NCBI GenBank assembly: GCA_951406725.2 | Contig: OX597821.1 | Coordinates: 95,790,001 to 95,854,000 of the forward strand | Direction of reading: 5' to 3' | Origin: Octopus vulgaris | Lineage: Eukaryota | DNA length: 64,000 nt | Shown: one piece after another, positions 62,241 through 64,000 of the stretch | Position numbering within the stretch: position 1 is the first letter of the stretch | How the letters are laid out: each line of letters starts with the position of its first letter | Translations under genes and position numbers: made by a program | Notes under the pieces: generated by a model | Database searches by the model: none | What the model saw: only the letters and a program-made list of their open reading frames with translations | Told to the model about the DNA's origin: nothing

Positions 62241-64000
62241 CTGTAATAGAGAAAAAGAAACTTGTTTAATAACAAGGAAACAAAAACTTATTCTGATCCC
62301 AGAAACAGCTGTTGCCGCCGCCGCCACCGCCACCACCACCACCATCATAACTATTCTGTTGTGCACCTTCTTCACCCAGGAATGTGGTTGACAATAGGAA
62401 CAACATCCAGGTAGAAACTTGAAGACAGCTTGCTGATGTAATTGCAGTCTATCAAAAACTCAATATGCAGCAAGCCTGTAGGTTTCAGGGGTCATTAGGA
62501 GAGAATGTGCATCATTTTGGGGGCCTCCTCCTTGATGGCTTTGCAGAGCATTGGCCCCACTTACTGCTGGACCAACTGACTAGTGTTTGAACCTAAGTCT
62601 ATTTCAGGATCATCACTGTGAAATGATGATGGAAATGGAACATGTTCATAGAATGTGTTTCCCATCCCATCTAGTCAAATTGTAGCTCTGACTTAGAACT
62701 GACTTGAATTGTGACAACCTATCCAACTCATGGCACCATGGAAAGTGGATGCAAAATGATGCTGACAGTGATGATGGCAGCAATATCAATCTCTCTTTCT
62801 CACACACACACACAAACATACATATATACATATACTTATACACACACACACACACACATATCAGTGACATGTAGTTGAGACATGCTAGTCATGTACTGCA
62901 TGTCCATTGATTTTTATATAACTCAAAAATCAATTTAAGAATGCAATGTATTTATAACCACATTGAAAAGTTGTCCAATCATTGGAAACTGAAATAGTTA
63001 CTTAGTTTCAAAGGAAACCTTTCCAGATTGATACTTCCCTGTGTTTCCATTTTGTTTCCACTAGTCATGCTTAAAGAAAAACGCATATGAAATCTTTTGT
63101 CCCCCACTTCTTATCTTTCAATAACTATCATTTCAATGTCTGTAAGATTCTTTTTTATTCCATTAAAATAACTATGGAAGGCATGCTTTCAGAAAAATGC
63201 ATGTTTTAGCTTCTCTTCCCTTTCTATCAGTTCTTCTTTGTCAACAATTCTTTGTAACTGATGTTGCTAATGTGACAGGTTAAGTGGTTGAATGGGTTTT
63301 GCTTTTTGACCCATAAAAATTCTGAACAAAACACATCAACAACCCTGTAGTTCTTAAATAGTCAGCTCAAATGTTGCCATGACTTTGGAATATCTATTTT
63401 GCTCTGTTGTAAGTTTTGAAATTATTATCATTAACCATCATCCTCTCTGTATTAAAGAAAAAAATTCTGAAATCAGAAATATGATACAGCTAATTAATCT
63501 TTTGTTGATTTACTAAAATTATCTTTCTGTTTTGTTCAAACAGATCGCAGTTAAGTGAGGTATATTATGACAAAGTGAAAGTAAAGTGTTCATTGTTCTT
63601 TGTTTTTTTTTTTACAACTGAAACTTGAAAGTTACAAAAAGTACAAGTGCAGAAATAAATCAAATCTCAAAAAAATTGAAATTTTGAAGTTGTAATTTTT
63701 GCCAAATTTTTTTACAGAATCAGAATCTCCATAGCTGAAAACATGGGTTTCCATACAAAAAAAGAGCGTGGCTGGTGCCACAAAAAAAAGCAAACTACCC
63801 AGTCCACTCTGTAAAGTGGTAGATGCTAGTAAGGGTGTCCAGCCACAGAAACCACACCAAAACTGAGACACTGGAGCTACGTGTACACGCATACATCATA
63901 TATACATTTTATGCATGCATGCATGTACACACACATGTATGCATGTATGCACACATGCGCACACACACATACACTCTCTTACACAAGAGTGTCCAAGATT

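Larger units (their letters stand above)
51190..64000 (-). repeat. Right arm of inverted segmental duplication (continues beyond window)
   Basis: Collinear reverse-complement match to 26920-39830 with substitutions and several large indels. Confidence 0.95.

Overview
AT-rich, microsatellite- and transposon-dense animal genomic DNA. The SINE, RTE and microsatellite landscape looks like an octopus (coleoid cephalopod) genome; this is an inference. Most long ORFs in the supplied track are microsatellite artefacts. Real coding content is (1) a + strand, multi-exon DUF389-family membrane-protein gene, for which I assembled 15 GT-AG exons by hand from 6978 to 37040 (553 aa open frame, 5' end not found), and (2) a convergent paralogue on the - strand, with three exons visible at 52400-62240. 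The paralogue lies in an inverted segmental duplication of at least 12.8 kb (26920-~39830 mirrored at ~51190-64000 and running off the window). The rest is SINEs, RTE/CR1/Tx1/R4-Dong LINE fragments and Tc1/mariner/pogo remnants. The most unusual signal is four distinct fold-back elements inserted in (TA)n tracts, each carrying a type I hammerhead-ribozyme-like fold (5466-5572 -, 24156-24213 +, 38801-38875 +, 49119-49181 - with a mirror copy at 49913-49975 +). Two of them also retain Penelope-type GIY-YIG endonuclease C-termini. A 12-unit palindromic repeat/spacer array sits at 46.3-46.7 kb. All alignments and folds were done by eye; no database searches were run.
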